Assembly (NCBI GenBank): GCA_964359335.1
Contig: CAYHSR010000001.1
Coordinates: 1 to 24,194 of the forward strand
DNA from: an uncultured Gammaproteobacteria bacterium
GTDB taxonomy: Bacteria; Patescibacteriota; Patescibacteriia; Magasanikbacterales; GWA2-37-8
DNA: 24,194 nt
Direction: 5' to 3'
Shown: positions 23,570-24,194 of the stretch, piece after piece
How the letters are laid out: every line of letters begins with the position of its first letter
Numbering within the stretch: the stretch's first letter is position 1
The notes under the pieces: model-generated
What the model was told of the DNA's origin: nothing
What the model saw: only the letters and a program-made list of their open reading frames with translations
Databases searched by the model: none
Made by a program: the position numbers and the translations under genes

Positions 23570-24194
23570 ATGCATACTTGGGTGGAAATTAGTAAAAAGG
23601 CGATTGAATATAATATTAAACAAATCCGCCAACTTATTGGGCCGGATGTTTTATTGATGCCGGTGATCAAAGCAAATGCTTATGGGCATGGGTTTTTAGA
23701 GATTGCCAAGATTTGTCAGCAGAATCGAGAAGTGAATAGGATATGTGTAGTTAATTCCGATGAGGCCTTACAGTTAATAAATCATGGCATCAACAAACCA
23801 ATTCAAATTCTTTCCTTCTATGATTTTGATGAGAATATTTTGCTAAAATTAGCTAATTTACTATACGCCTTTGGCGACGGTGGACAAATAATTTTTCCGC
23901 TCTATACTTTAGAACAAGCCAAAATTTTAAACAAAATAGGGGATAAGGCAAAAATCAATGTCAAAGTACATCTTAAAATTGACATTGGCGCTTCTCGGAT
24001 TGGAATTTTACCATCTGATTTAAAAGATTTTATCAGGCGAATAAAAAAATATAAATATTTGGAAATAGAAGGTGTATTTGGGCATTATTCTTCCAGTGAG
24101 GAAAACAAAAGAGTTACTTTGCGGCAATTAAAAATATTTAAGACCGCCTTAGCCGTTTTGAATGACTTAGGCATAAATCCGTCAATTAAACATT
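23570..24194 (+). CDS. alr: Alanine racemase (5' part; runs off the window end; not in the ORF track)
   Basis: Manual translation: MHTWVEISKKAIEYN...PVIKANAYGHG (PLP lysine motif)...VHLKIDIGASRIGI...EGVFGHYSSSE; open to the window end. Confidence 0.93.
   Translation, partial: MHTWVEISKKAIEYNIKQIRQLIGPDVLLMPVIKANAYGHGFLEIAKICQQNREVNRICVVNSDEALQLINHGINKPIQILSFYDFDENILLKLANLLYAFGDGGQIIFPLYTLEQAKILNKIGDKAKINVKVHLKIDIGASRIGILPSDLKDFIRRIKKYKYLEIEGVFGHYSSSEENKRVTLRQLKIFKTALAVLNDLGINPSIKH

Noticed and set aside
23623-23646. Imperfect hairpin ATCCGCCAACTTATTGGGCCGGAT in alr as another mini-palindrome
   Set aside because: It lacks the GGCG arm and encodes IRQLIGPD, a normal alanine racemase segment before the PLP motif.
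664-23670. Short antisense and alternate-frame ORFs in the track (e.g. 664-1080, 1210-1470, 6549-6875, 8385-8726, 14519-14824, 23383-23670)
   Set aside because: All overlap well-supported genes, show no recognisable motifs and have no supporting promoters; they are shadow ORFs.
1-24194. Recoded genetic code (TGA=Gly, as in Gracilibacteria/SR1)
   Set aside because: TGA ends the ligase, secD and lysS at expected lengths, and the long ORFs are intact under code 11.

Overview
AT-rich bacterial window in which all 18 credible genes lie on the + strand. It uses genetic code 11 (TGA is the stop of the ligase, secD and lysS) and has no Shine-Dalgarno motifs. Gene content and style suggest a Patescibacteria/CPR (Parcubacteria-like) genome; this is inference. 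Gene order: O-antigen ligase-family protein; a lipoprotein-like GH5+GH114 double glycoside hydrolase with Pro/Thr linkers; secA; secD; secF; ABC exporter; UvrD-type helicase fused to a PD-(D/E)XK/Fe-S nuclease; DUF721/DciA-like protein; small membrane protein; mreB-mreC-mreD-mrdA; greA; lysS; RibL-like nucleotidyltransferase; serS; alr (truncated by the window end, missed by the ORF track). The most notable items are four. (1) SecD carries two parvulin-type PPIase units inside its periplasmic P1 domain, one apparently split or permuted around the other. (2) The GH5-GH114 surface enzyme is a candidate biofilm-polysaccharide degrader. (3) Tiny GC-rich palindromes (core CGCC-N3-4-GGCG) and a heptamer array sit in frame inside essential genes. 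(4) Sigma70 promoters recurrently overlap terminator-like hairpins just before start codons. No rRNA, tRNA, CRISPR array, transposase or phage gene is recognisable.
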